Origin: an uncultured Lentisphaera sp.
GTDB taxonomy: Bacteria; Verrucomicrobiota; Lentisphaeria; Victivallales; GWF2-50-93
NCBI GenBank assembly: GCA_964526605.1
Contig: CAZGJP010000004.1
Location: 2,103 to 35,718, forward strand
Direction: 5' to 3'
Length of the DNA: 33,616 nt
The notes under the pieces: generated by a model
The model's input: the letters and a program-made list of their open reading frames with translations, nothing else
Database searches by the model: none
What the model was told of the DNA's origin: nothing
Made by a program: the position numbers and the translations under genes
Part shown: piece by piece, positions 27,001-33,038 of the stretch
Layout of the letters: every line of letters starts with the position of its first letter
How positions within the stretch are numbered: position 1 is the first letter of the stretch

Positions 27001-27348
27001 GTCGAGGACGAGCCCGCGATTCTCGAGATGGCCAAGGAGCTTCTATCACAGCTCAACTACAACGTGGTGGAGGCGAAATCCCCGTCCGCCGCATTAGCCC
27101 TGGCCGAATCCAGAAGATGCGCCATAGACCTTATCCTCACCGACGTGATAATGCCGGAGATGAACGGCCGCGAACTTCACGAGAGGCTGCTTAGGCTCTG
27201 CCCCCAGGTGAAGGTCCTCTTCATGTCCGGATACACCGCGAACACGATCGCCCACCATGGCGTCCTCGATCCCGATGTAAACTTCATCCAGAAGCCGTTC
27301 TCGAAAAAGGAAGTAGCCGTCAAAATCAGAAAAGCGCTGGGGAAATAA
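24043..27348 (+). CDS. Cytoplasmic hybrid sensor histidine kinase: GAF-like, 3x PAS, GAF, HisKA, HATPase, receiver (about 1100 aa)
   Basis: PAS blocks: NPAWTKVFGW..RCRDGSWKWL, YANKATLKLHGY..RRKDGSVFPL, GANKAFYDFFG..DADGRIAGLIGV. H-box GGVAHDFNNML, N-box NLCVNAKDA, G-boxes DDGCGM and GTGLGLATV. Receiver: LLVEDEP..ILTDVIMPEMNG..MSGY..QKPF. No TM segment. The start is uncertain (GTG 24043, ATG 24070 or ATG 24079). Confidence 0.85.
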   Translation: MSVIYCEKWMHAMASAHAENGGTSIEDALRREKRLSNVLRGIRNVNQLIVHEDDPSGLADKSCANLTETFSYHNVWMALLRDDGSLLHFSQSGLEERGADEMRKKLLCGDFTKCIRKAMACDDVVPLLNPKEECLDCPLSSGYGGRAAFTRSLMHAGKNYGIISASIPFEFAGDEEEVSLFREVAGDIAFALHKIESGEKLRQHDRFFNHASDMLCIAGFDGYLKIVNPAWTKVFGWSADDLTGRPWSEFVHPDDVSSVGKEGHPLAKDGEIVRFENRFRCRDGSWKWLSWATHAYPDEKIIFGVARDITSLKRREDEVSLLGRMLDEAPASITVHDDAGKFLYANKATLKLHGYWNVEEFLSVNLHDLDIPASEKMIGARMAQIRKEGRASFEVFHRRKDGSVFPLHVLASVIEWDGGEAMLSIASDISERKAADQKLQELLTFQKALIDSMPMPLFYKGLDGKYLGANKAFYDFFGMDIVGRTASDVAPEDLARRYEDADRELFRSGNVQVYESQAIDAKGIVHDVQFHKAPFRDADGRIAGLIGVALDITESKKAADEIRRSNLLLSKLLDIARELSTALDFQSVFKTVRSAARGLSGADGACIVLREGDFCSYVDEDAIETLWKGRKFKMSECISGWVMANRELAAIEDVAKDPRIPQDVYRKTFVKSLLMAPVGREKPIGAIGVYWAEPHKPTEMEIALLDMLCNLTASVWERENLKEQLGQSQRLESVGCLAGGVAHDFNNMLGVIIGFAEMAIEKTPQDNPVRNNLDEIMNAAKRSAEITRQLLAFARRQTIAPVVLDINETLEGMLKMLRRLIGENIRLDWRPGPSIWPVEMDPSQIDQILANLCVNAKDAVAENGCITIETENRTVDEDYSAENPESRPGDYVMLSVSDDGCGMDKDTAKHIFEPFFSTKGVGKGTGLGLATVYGIVKQNNGFINVYSEAGVGTSFKIYLPRCVGAVAPKVLVAENDPPGAGEIILLVEDEPAILEMAKELLSQLNYNVVEAKSPSAALALAESRRCAIDLILTDVIMPEMNGRELHERLLRLCPQVKVLFMSGYTANTIAHHGVLDPDVNFIQKPFSKKEVAVKIRKALGK

Positions 27349-27442
27349 ACCACACGGAAAATCGGAGGCCGATGGTCGGTGTAACGGAAAACGCCGAACG
27401 GTGAACGGGTGAACGTAGCCCCCCCCCATCACCAGCCATGCG

Positions 27443-27607
27443 TCATTCGTCCTGGGAACCGACCACCTTCCTGTAGCATTCGGGACAGAATGTTCCGTCG
27501 CTAGTTCGGTACCTCGGGGCACCCGGAGGAAGCTGCCGCCCACAGCCCTCGCAAGATTCAACATCGTTTCCCAGCACCTGCGGAACCTTTTTGTCGTCAT
27601 CGCACAT
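27443..27607 (-). CDS. 54-aa zinc-ribbon mini-protein (CxxC...CxxC), not in the ORF track
   Basis: Manual translation: MCDDDKKVPQVLGNDVESCEGCGRQLPPGAPRYRTSDGTFCPECYRKVVGSQDE. SD AGGAG lies 9 nt upstream of the ATG (27605-27607), and a promoter-like TTGACA-N16-TATCCT lies about 90 nt upstream. Confidence 0.45.
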   Translation of the reverse strand: MCDDDKKVPQVLGNDVESCEGCGRQLPPGAPRYRTSDGTFCPECYRKVVGSQDE

Positions 27608-27694
27608 CCGGCTGTTCTCCTATTCCGCCAGAGGCTCCGGCGGATTGAAAAATTGATTTTCCGATAAACGGAACGATTTCCCATTAACCATGGT

Positions 27695-27722
27695 AGGATA
27701 TCACGTCAAAGGAGAATGTCAA
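27695..27722 (-). promoter_or_regulatory. Sigma-70-like promoter candidate for the zinc-ribbon ORF
   Basis: The minus strand reads gcTTGACAtt (complement of 27717-27722), a 16-nt spacer, then TATCCT (complement of 27695-27700). Confidence 0.4.
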
Positions 27723-27746
27723 GCGCGGGAGCAGGTGGATTTCCAG

Positions 27747-28541
27747 CTATTTGAGGGCAGCCGCCTCGCGAAGGAGTATCGCCGACCATTTGCGGACGCT
27801 GGACGGGGTGTTCCTCGAAGTGGGCCCCGATATCATCAGCGCGCCGTGGAAACCGGCGGACGACTGGGGGACATAGACTCCAAGGATGGATATCTCGCCA
27901 GACTTCCCGCGTCGCGAAAGCGCATAAGACTTTCTGCGGCATTCGGCGACAAGAGCAAGTGTCTTATCCATGAGGGATGAATCCGCTTTCCTGCCCTTCC
28001 GCCGTCCGAGGATGGTCGTCAGGATGTCTTTGGCATCGGAAGGCGGCAACGATGCAAGATACAATATTCCCGCAGGACAATCAAGAAGGGAAAACCTTTC
28101 GAAGTGCATGGGACGTGCTATCACGGGGTTTGCCGAAAGCTCCTCGTGGATCACGACCGCATCCGTCATTGACGGATCGATGGCCGCGAAGATGGCATTC
28201 TCCCCGGTGGCATCGGCTATGCGCCTCAGGGAAGAGGATATCCTGCCGATATCCTTGCGCATGCTGCGGGCGGCATTCCGGGCGATCTGGAAAACCTTTC
28301 CCCCGATGCAGTAGAGGCCGCTTCGCGAACACTGAGACACGAAGCCATGCTTCTCGAGCGTCGCAAGCATCCTGAACACGGTGCTCTTCGTCCCGTGCAA
28401 AGCCCTGGAGATGTCGGAGACTCCCGCGCAACCGCAGGAGCAAAGGTAGTCGAGCAGGGAAAGCGTCCTGGCGACAGACGACAGCACCCCTCTGTCGCTG
28501 GAGGACAAAGAACTCTTCCTTCTTCTCCCGGCACGAACCAT
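27747..28541 (-). CDS. IclR-family transcriptional regulator (264 aa)
   Basis: The track ORF is trimmed to MVRAGRRRKSS.. (ATG 28541; strong SD GGGAGGTG 6 nt upstream). HTH region: LSLLDYLCSCGCAGVSDISRALHGTKSTVFRMLATLEKHGFV. An IclR effector-domain-like C-terminal half is present. Confidence 0.85.
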   Translation of the reverse strand: MVRAGRRRKSSLSSSDRGVLSSVARTLSLLDYLCSCGCAGVSDISRALHGTKSTVFRMLATLEKHGFVSQCSRSGLYCIGGKVFQIARNAARSMRKDIGRISSSLRRIADATGENAIFAAIDPSMTDAVVIHEELSANPVIARPMHFERFSLLDCPAGILYLASLPPSDAKDILTTILGRRKGRKADSSLMDKTLALVAECRRKSYALSRRGKSGEISILGVYVPQSSAGFHGALMISGPTSRNTPSSVRKWSAILLREAAALK

Positions 28542-28567
28542 TTTAAACACCTCCCCCACTGATGGGG

Positions 28568-28595
28568 AATATAATCGGCCTCTTGAAAATGTCAA
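28568..28595 (-). promoter_or_regulatory. Sigma-70-like promoter candidate for the IclR gene
   Basis: The minus strand reads gcTTGACAtt (complement of 28590-28595), a 16-nt spacer, then TATATT (complement of 28568-28573), about 27 nt upstream of the ATG. Confidence 0.45.
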
Positions 28596-28713
28596 GCCCG
28601 AATCAAAAGATTTTTATTTGCATATATGCCGGTGCAACCTAGATTTAGCTTTGTTCCCTCATTGTAGGGGGAACTTGTGGGCCAACGGCAAGTTTCAAGT
28701 ATAAAGCGTCAAG

Positions 28714-28855
28714 GTAAATCTTCACTGAACTACGTTGTCCAGTGAATCTTTACATACAATAAAAAGCGCGCTTTTTATTGTTAGTACGGATTCGCTAAAC
28801 GAAGCCGTCAGAGTGCGTGCAACGCACAGTCAAGCGTAGTTTAGTGAATACGTAC
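28714..28855. mobile_element. 142-bp MITE-like non-autonomous element with imperfect 21-nt terminal inverted repeats, flanked by the 8-bp direct repeat GCGTCAAG
   Basis: Left end: gtaaatcttcactgaactacg (28714-28734). The reverse complement of the right end (28835-28855) is gtacgtattcactaaactacg, matching at 17/21. GCGTCAAG sits immediately outside both ends (28706-28713 and 28856-28863). The interior is AT-rich and non-coding, with several hairpins. Confidence 0.4.
28757..28780. repeat. Perfect 24-nt palindrome inside the MITE-like element
   Basis: caataaaaagcgcgctttttattg is its own reverse complement. The stem is AT-rich, so it would be a weak terminator at best; it could be a protein-binding site. 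Confidence 0.6.
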
Positions 28856-28902
28856 GCGTCAAGTCTCCTGGGTCTTGAATCCTGAATCCATGGTCTGGCA
28901 TC

Positions 28903-30129
28903 ATGCGTCTTGAAAGCTCCATCTTCAACAGATCCGTCGTGAGCATGCTCGTGATGGTCGTATTCGTCGGGCTTGGCGAGAAGATGGCGGAGAGATTCAT
29001 CCCGCTCTATCTCGGCGTTCTTGGCGCGACCCCATTCATAATGGGAGCGTTGAACGGTTTTGACAACATCCTGTCGGCCTTGTATTCATTTCCCGGCGGA
29101 TGGGCCAGCGACAGATTCGGCGGCAAGAAGGCGTTGATATTCTTCACCCTGGCGGCCGCATTCGGATTTCTCATCGTCATAGTCGTCGAGACATGGTGGG
29201 CGGTCTTCGTCGGTTCGCTGTTCTTCATATCATGGACTGCGATATCGCTGCCGGCGATAATGAGTCTCATAAACAGGAGTGTGCCGAAGAACCGCCGCGT
29301 CTTCGGTGTGACTCTTCATTCACTGGTGAGGCGCTTCCCAATGGCGCTCGGACCGATACTCGGGGGAATTCTGATAGGCAGCTTCGGTGTGCTTGCAGGA
29401 ATCAAGATTGCATTCATCGCGGCGTTCGGCCTCGCGCTGCTGTCAGTCCTGGTAATGCATTTCATGGTGAAGGATGATTCGGCGGGTGATCTGCCACCGG
29501 CTGCGCTGCGGGATTCGCTGAGGAAATTCCCGAAGGAGCTCAAAACGCTTCTCGCCGCGGATGTTTTGATTCGCTTCTGCGAGCAGCTGCCATACGCATT
29601 TCTGGCCGTGTGGGTCTGCAATCACCTGAAAAGGAGCGAATTCTTCTTCGGATGGCTTACCGCGATTGAGATGTTCGTCGCAGTGGCGGTCTATCTGCCT
29701 ATCGCCTGGCTTGCCGACCGCGGCAGCAAAAAGCTCTATGTCTCGATCACATTTTGCTTTTTTACAATTTTTCCGATTATACTCTACCTTGCTGGGAAAA
29801 TCCCTGAATGGACGGGCAGACCCTCTCTGCTTGTCCCGCTTCTCGTCTTTGCATTTGTGATAAGAGGCTTGAAGGAGTTCGGCGAGCCTACAAGGAAGTC
29901 TCTCATACTTGATCTTGCACCGGAATACGCGAAGGCCGCGACGTTCGGAGCCTACTATCTCGTGCGGGATGTGATTGTCGGCATCGTGGCTCTATCGGCG
30001 GGAATCCTGTGGCAGAAGTCACCGGGACTCAATCTGGGGATATCAAGCATCCTCGGCCTGATTGGAACGATCATCTTCATGAAATTTGGAAGGGAGGCAC
30101 CAGCGGAGGCATCCTCCGCAAAATCATGA
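28903..30129 (+). CDS. MFS transporter (408 aa)
   Basis: About 12 hydrophobic helices. MFS motif A between TM2 and TM3: GGWASDRFGGKKALIF. Divergent from the IclR gene. Confidence 0.85.
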   Translation: MRLESSIFNRSVVSMLVMVVFVGLGEKMAERFIPLYLGVLGATPFIMGALNGFDNILSALYSFPGGWASDRFGGKKALIFFTLAAAFGFLIVIVVETWWAVFVGSLFFISWTAISLPAIMSLINRSVPKNRRVFGVTLHSLVRRFPMALGPILGGILIGSFGVLAGIKIAFIAAFGLALLSVLVMHFMVKDDSAGDLPPAALRDSLRKFPKELKTLLAADVLIRFCEQLPYAFLAVWVCNHLKRSEFFFGWLTAIEMFVAVAVYLPIAWLADRGSKKLYVSITFCFFTIFPIILYLAGKIPEWTGRPSLLVPLLVFAFVIRGLKEFGEPTRKSLILDLAPEYAKAATFGAYYLVRDVIVGIVALSAGILWQKSPGLNLGISSILGLIGTIIFMKFGREAPAEASSAKS

Positions 30130-30138
30130 GCGTTGAAG

Positions 30139-31917
30139 CTAAATCCCGTTGGCAATCCCACCGCCCGGCCGGGGAACTGCCAAGGGGATTGGCTCAAATT
30201 TCTTTTTTTCCTCAGCAATCATTTTAGAGATTGTCCCGGCCAGGCCGGCGATATCGAGCAGGCTGACTTCCTTTTCTCCGCGGCGTTTGAATTCGACCTT
30301 CCCCTGGGCGAGGGTCTTTGGAGAGATTATTATCCTGAACGGGACTCCGACGAGGTCGGCATCGTTGAACATGAATCCGGCTTTCTCCCCGCGGTCATCA
30401 TAGATGGTATCAATTCCTGCGGAGAGCATGGATCCATATATTTCGTCCGCTTTCGCACCGACGCCTTCCTGATTCGGGTTTAGTGCGCAGAGGTGGAGAT
30501 CGAAGGGGGATATGCTTGCCGGCCAGATCGGGCCGAACTGGTCGTTGCACTGCTCCAACACTGCGGCCATTGTTCTTCCGACGCCTATGCCGTAGCAGCC
30601 CATTATCATGGTCTGTTTCCTGCCGTTGGAATCGAGGAATTCGCATTTCATGGAGGAAGAATATTTCGTTCCGAGCTTGAATATGTTGCCGACCTCGATG
30701 CCGCGTTTCATGAGCAGGGGCTTTCCCGTGGCGGGGCAGGGGTCGCCTTCGCGTGCGCAGGCGATGTCCGCGACTTCGACTTCAGCCGGCATGTCCCTCT
30801 CGAAGTTGAAGTTCTTGACGTGGTGGTCCGGCTCGTTGGCTCCGACAGTCAGGTTTGATGATTCCGCCGCGGAGCGGTCAACTATGATTTTCACCTTCTC
30901 CGGGTCGAGATTCATGGGGGATGCGTATCCGGGCTCTGCGCCGCATGAGCGTATGAGCTTGTCGTCGGCGAATGCGAGATCGTCAAGCTTGAGCAGCCTC
31001 TTGAGCTTGCTTTCATTGACTTCGAAGTCGCCCCGGATCATGGCGAAGACGAGCTGGTCGTCCTTCGTCCTGTAGAATACCGCCTTGCCAGTGTTTTCCA
31101 TCTTCTGTCCTAGAAATTCCGCTACCTCCTCGATGGTCTTTTTTACCGTGGTTGCGACCTTCTCGAGGGGGAGAGCTTCCGACTTATGGAATTTCACTGC
31201 TGAGGTGGCGACCTCCCTGTTCGCCTTGTATGATCCATCCGGCGACATGAATATCGTGTCTTCGCCGCAATCAGCTATCGCCATGAACTCGTGGGATTCG
31301 TTGCCGCCCATCATCCCCGGATTGGACTCGATGCATGCGACATCCTTCATGCCGCAGCGTCTGAATATCCGTTCGTATGCGCGAAGAGCCCTGAGATAAT
31401 ATTCGTCGAGGGATTTCTGGTCGGCGTGGAATGAGTATGCGTCCTTCATCTTGAATTCGCGGACACGGATGAGGCCGGCGCGGGGGCGGGCCTCGTCGCG
31501 GTATTTGGTCTGTATCTGATAGAGCATGGCCGGGAGCTGCTTGTAGCTGTTCACTTCCGTGCGCGTGAGGTGGACCACCGCCTCCTCGTGGGTCATGGCC
31601 AGGAGCATGTCCTTCTCGTTTCTATCCTTGAATCGTAGCAGTTCATCTCCGACGGATCCGTATCTTCCGGACTCGTCCCATAGTTCTCTTGGGAGGACCA
31701 CCGGCATGGTCACCTCCTGTCCTTCGATCGCGTTCATCTCCTCTCGGATTATCCTCTCGATCTTGGCGCATATCCTATGTCCGGTCGGGAGGAGGGAGTA
31801 TATGCCTGCGGACACTGGGCGGATGTATCCGCCTCTTATCAGGAATATGTGGCTTGCGGTCTTTGCGTCCTTCGGCGCCTCCTTGATTCTTCTTCCGACG
31901 AGTTTCGACATTCTCAT
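30139..31917 (-). CDS. proS: Proline--tRNA ligase, bacterial type with INS editing domain
   Basis: Motifs: FLIRGGYIRPVSAGIYSLLP, RFKDRNEKDMLLAMTHEE, RVREFKMKDAYSFH, GCYGIGVGR. Length 592 aa. The start could be Met3 (31911). Confidence 0.92.
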   Translation of the reverse strand: MRMSKLVGRRIKEAPKDAKTASHIFLIRGGYIRPVSAGIYSLLPTGHRICAKIERIIREEMNAIEGQEVTMPVVLPRELWDESGRYGSVGDELLRFKDRNEKDMLLAMTHEEAVVHLTRTEVNSYKQLPAMLYQIQTKYRDEARPRAGLIRVREFKMKDAYSFHADQKSLDEYYLRALRAYERIFRRCGMKDVACIESNPGMMGGNESHEFMAIADCGEDTIFMSPDGSYKANREVATSAVKFHKSEALPLEKVATTVKKTIEEVAEFLGQKMENTGKAVFYRTKDDQLVFAMIRGDFEVNESKLKRLLKLDDLAFADDKLIRSCGAEPGYASPMNLDPEKVKIIVDRSAAESSNLTVGANEPDHHVKNFNFERDMPAEVEVADIACAREGDPCPATGKPLLMKRGIEVGNIFKLGTKYSSSMKCEFLDSNGRKQTMIMGCYGIGVGRTMAAVLEQCNDQFGPIWPASISPFDLHLCALNPNQEGVGAKADEIYGSMLSAGIDTIYDDRGEKAGFMFNDADLVGVPFRIIISPKTLAQGKVEFKRRGEKEVSLLDIAGLAGTISKMIAEEKKKFEPIPLAVPRPGGGIANGI

Positions 31918-32065
31918 TTTATGATTGTCCTTTTTTTAGGTCGCATACATTAACCTTCCGGACAGTAAATCGCAAAGGCATTTTTTTTATTTGCCCAGAT
32001 TGATTTTTAGCTGCATGGCATTAGCTTAAAATGATTTTGACTTCAAAACCAGAACAAAGGGGGCC

Positions 32066-32224
32066 ATGATGTGGAACCACATTTCGGAGAATGATGCTGA
32101 GTTCCTGCTGATCGCAGTCATTGCGTTCTGCGCGGTGCTCATCTACTACAAGCTGGATCTGATTGCGCAGAAGCTCGAGAAGCTGGCCGGCGATTCGGAC
32201 AAGAAGAAGGACGACAAGAAATAA
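32066..32224 (+). CDS. 52-aa single-TM protein with a Lys/Asp-rich tail (not in the ORF track), first ORF of the flp locus
   Basis: Manual translation: MMWNHISENDAEFLLIAVIAFCAVLIYYKLDLIAQKLEKLAGDSDKKKDDKK. A purine-rich AAAGGGGG lies just upstream of the ATG (short spacing). Confidence 0.3.
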   Translation: MMWNHISENDAEFLLIAVIAFCAVLIYYKLDLIAQKLEKLAGDSDKKKDDKK

Positions 32225-32249
32225 TTCAAAACAAACAGGAGATATCATC

Positions 32250-32462
32250 ATGAAGACAAGAAGACTTGCGAAGGAATCCGGTGCGACATTCATCGAATAC
32301 GCCATGCTCGCGGGGCTCATCGCAATAGTCGTTGCGATAGCTGCGGCGTTCTTCGGTAAGCATGTCAAGGGAGTCTTCACCGAAAGCGGAACAAAAGCCC
32401 AGCAGGTCGAGACAAGCGTCAAAGGCGCGACCATTGACGGCGACTTCACGCCGGCTCAGTGA
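32250..32462 (+). CDS. flp: Flp-family type IVb pilin (70 aa)
   Basis: The track ORF is trimmed to MKTRRLAKESG/ATFIEYAMLAGLIAIVVAIAAAFFG. Canonical Flp motif: G at -1, E5 and Y6. SD AGGAG lies 9 nt upstream. Confidence 0.8.
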   Translation: MKTRRLAKESGATFIEYAMLAGLIAIVVAIAAAFFGKHVKGVFTESGTKAQQVETSVKGATIDGDFTPAQ

Positions 32463-32463
32463 C

Positions 32464-32673
32464 ATGCCGAGGAAAATAAAAAGCAATCGCGTCCTGCGCA
32501 GACTGCTTGGCGATTCAGGAGTCAATTTCCTCGAATACGCCATGCTCTGCGCCCTCATCGGCATTGCCGTCTCAATCGCCGTGGCAGGATTCGGAAAGCA
32601 CTTGAAGGAACTTTTCAATACTCTTTCAGGCAAGGTCCAGGACGTGAACAACCAGATGAGCGGAGGCAAATAG
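32464..32673 (+). CDS. flp: Flp-family type IVb pilin, second paralog (69 aa)
   Basis: The track ORF is trimmed to MPRKIKSNRVLRRLLGDSG/VNFLEYAMLCALIGIAVSIAVAGFG. The start is 1 nt after the flp-1 stop. Confidence 0.8.
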   Translation: MPRKIKSNRVLRRLLGDSGVNFLEYAMLCALIGIAVSIAVAGFGKHLKELFNTLSGKVQDVNNQMSGGK

Positions 32674-32713
32674 CCTTGAGGCTGTTTCTCGCTGGGCCGA
32701 TTTCATGACTCGG

Positions 32714-32733
32714 GCTGGAGCCCGTGCTCCAGC
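32714..32733 (+). terminator. GC-rich hairpin after the two canonical flp genes (possible attenuator/terminator)
   Basis: GCTGGAGC-ccgt-GCTCCAGC, 8-bp stem, 41 nt after the flp-2 stop. No U-tract. Confidence 0.35.
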
Positions 32734-32769
32734 AAGTGAATATTCGCTGAGTGTTTACATGGACGGAAT

Positions 32770-32976
32770 ATGCATATGAAGAATTCGGACCGTCTATCCT
32801 TGCTTTTCCGCAGGCTGTCGTCCGAGAGGGCGACGGTTTTTCTCGAATACACGATGCTTTTCGCATTTGTGGCCGTCGTCGCCTTCGCCCCCTTGCTTCC
32901 CAACGGCCCGGCCTATGAATTCCTCAGGAAGGAGCTCCTGCTGAGGGTCTTTCTGATAACAATGCCGATTTTCTAG
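32770..32976 (+). CDS. Divergent Flp-like protein (68 aa) lacking the Gly at the expected cleavage site
   Basis: MHMKNSDRLSLLFRRLSSERATVFLEYTMLFAFVAVVAFAPLL.. It has the LEY plus hydrophobic-helix core of Flp pilins, but SER/ATVFLEY replaces G/xxxxEY. Confidence 0.5.
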   Translation: MHMKNSDRLSLLFRRLSSERATVFLEYTMLFAFVAVVAFAPLLPNGPAYEFLRKELLLRVFLITMPIF

Positions 32977-33038
32977 GGGAGCGGTGGGACGCGCGGGCAT
33001 CATGTGCCGTGGGTCCATGATCCTGAGGTTGAAATAAT

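Noticed and set aside
27094-27684. 196-aa track ORF on the minus strand.
   Set aside because: It overlaps the 3' end of the histidine kinase gene antisense by about 250 nt and has no motifs. The 54-codon zinc-ribbon frame in the same region has a proper SD, a promoter-like element and a CxxC..CxxC pattern, so it is preferred.
28757-28780. The perfect palindrome caataaaaagcgcgctttttattg as a bidirectional intrinsic terminator.
   Set aside because: The stem is almost entirely A-T with a minimal GC core. It sits inside the MITE-like element, upstream of the MFS start and not at a gene end. It is kept only as a repeat or possible protein-binding site.
28596-28902. The structured AT-rich intergenic region as a riboswitch, tRNA or other known RNA gene.
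   Set aside because: No tRNA cloverleaf or T-loop consensus and no recognisable riboswitch core was seen. The terminal inverted repeats plus the 8-bp flanking duplication explain the structure better. An sRNA cannot be excluded without expression data.
30127-30141. Convergent MFS and proS stops only 9 nt apart, with no terminator.
   Set aside because: This is an ordinary tight convergent arrangement, and nothing specific can be inferred from the sequence alone.
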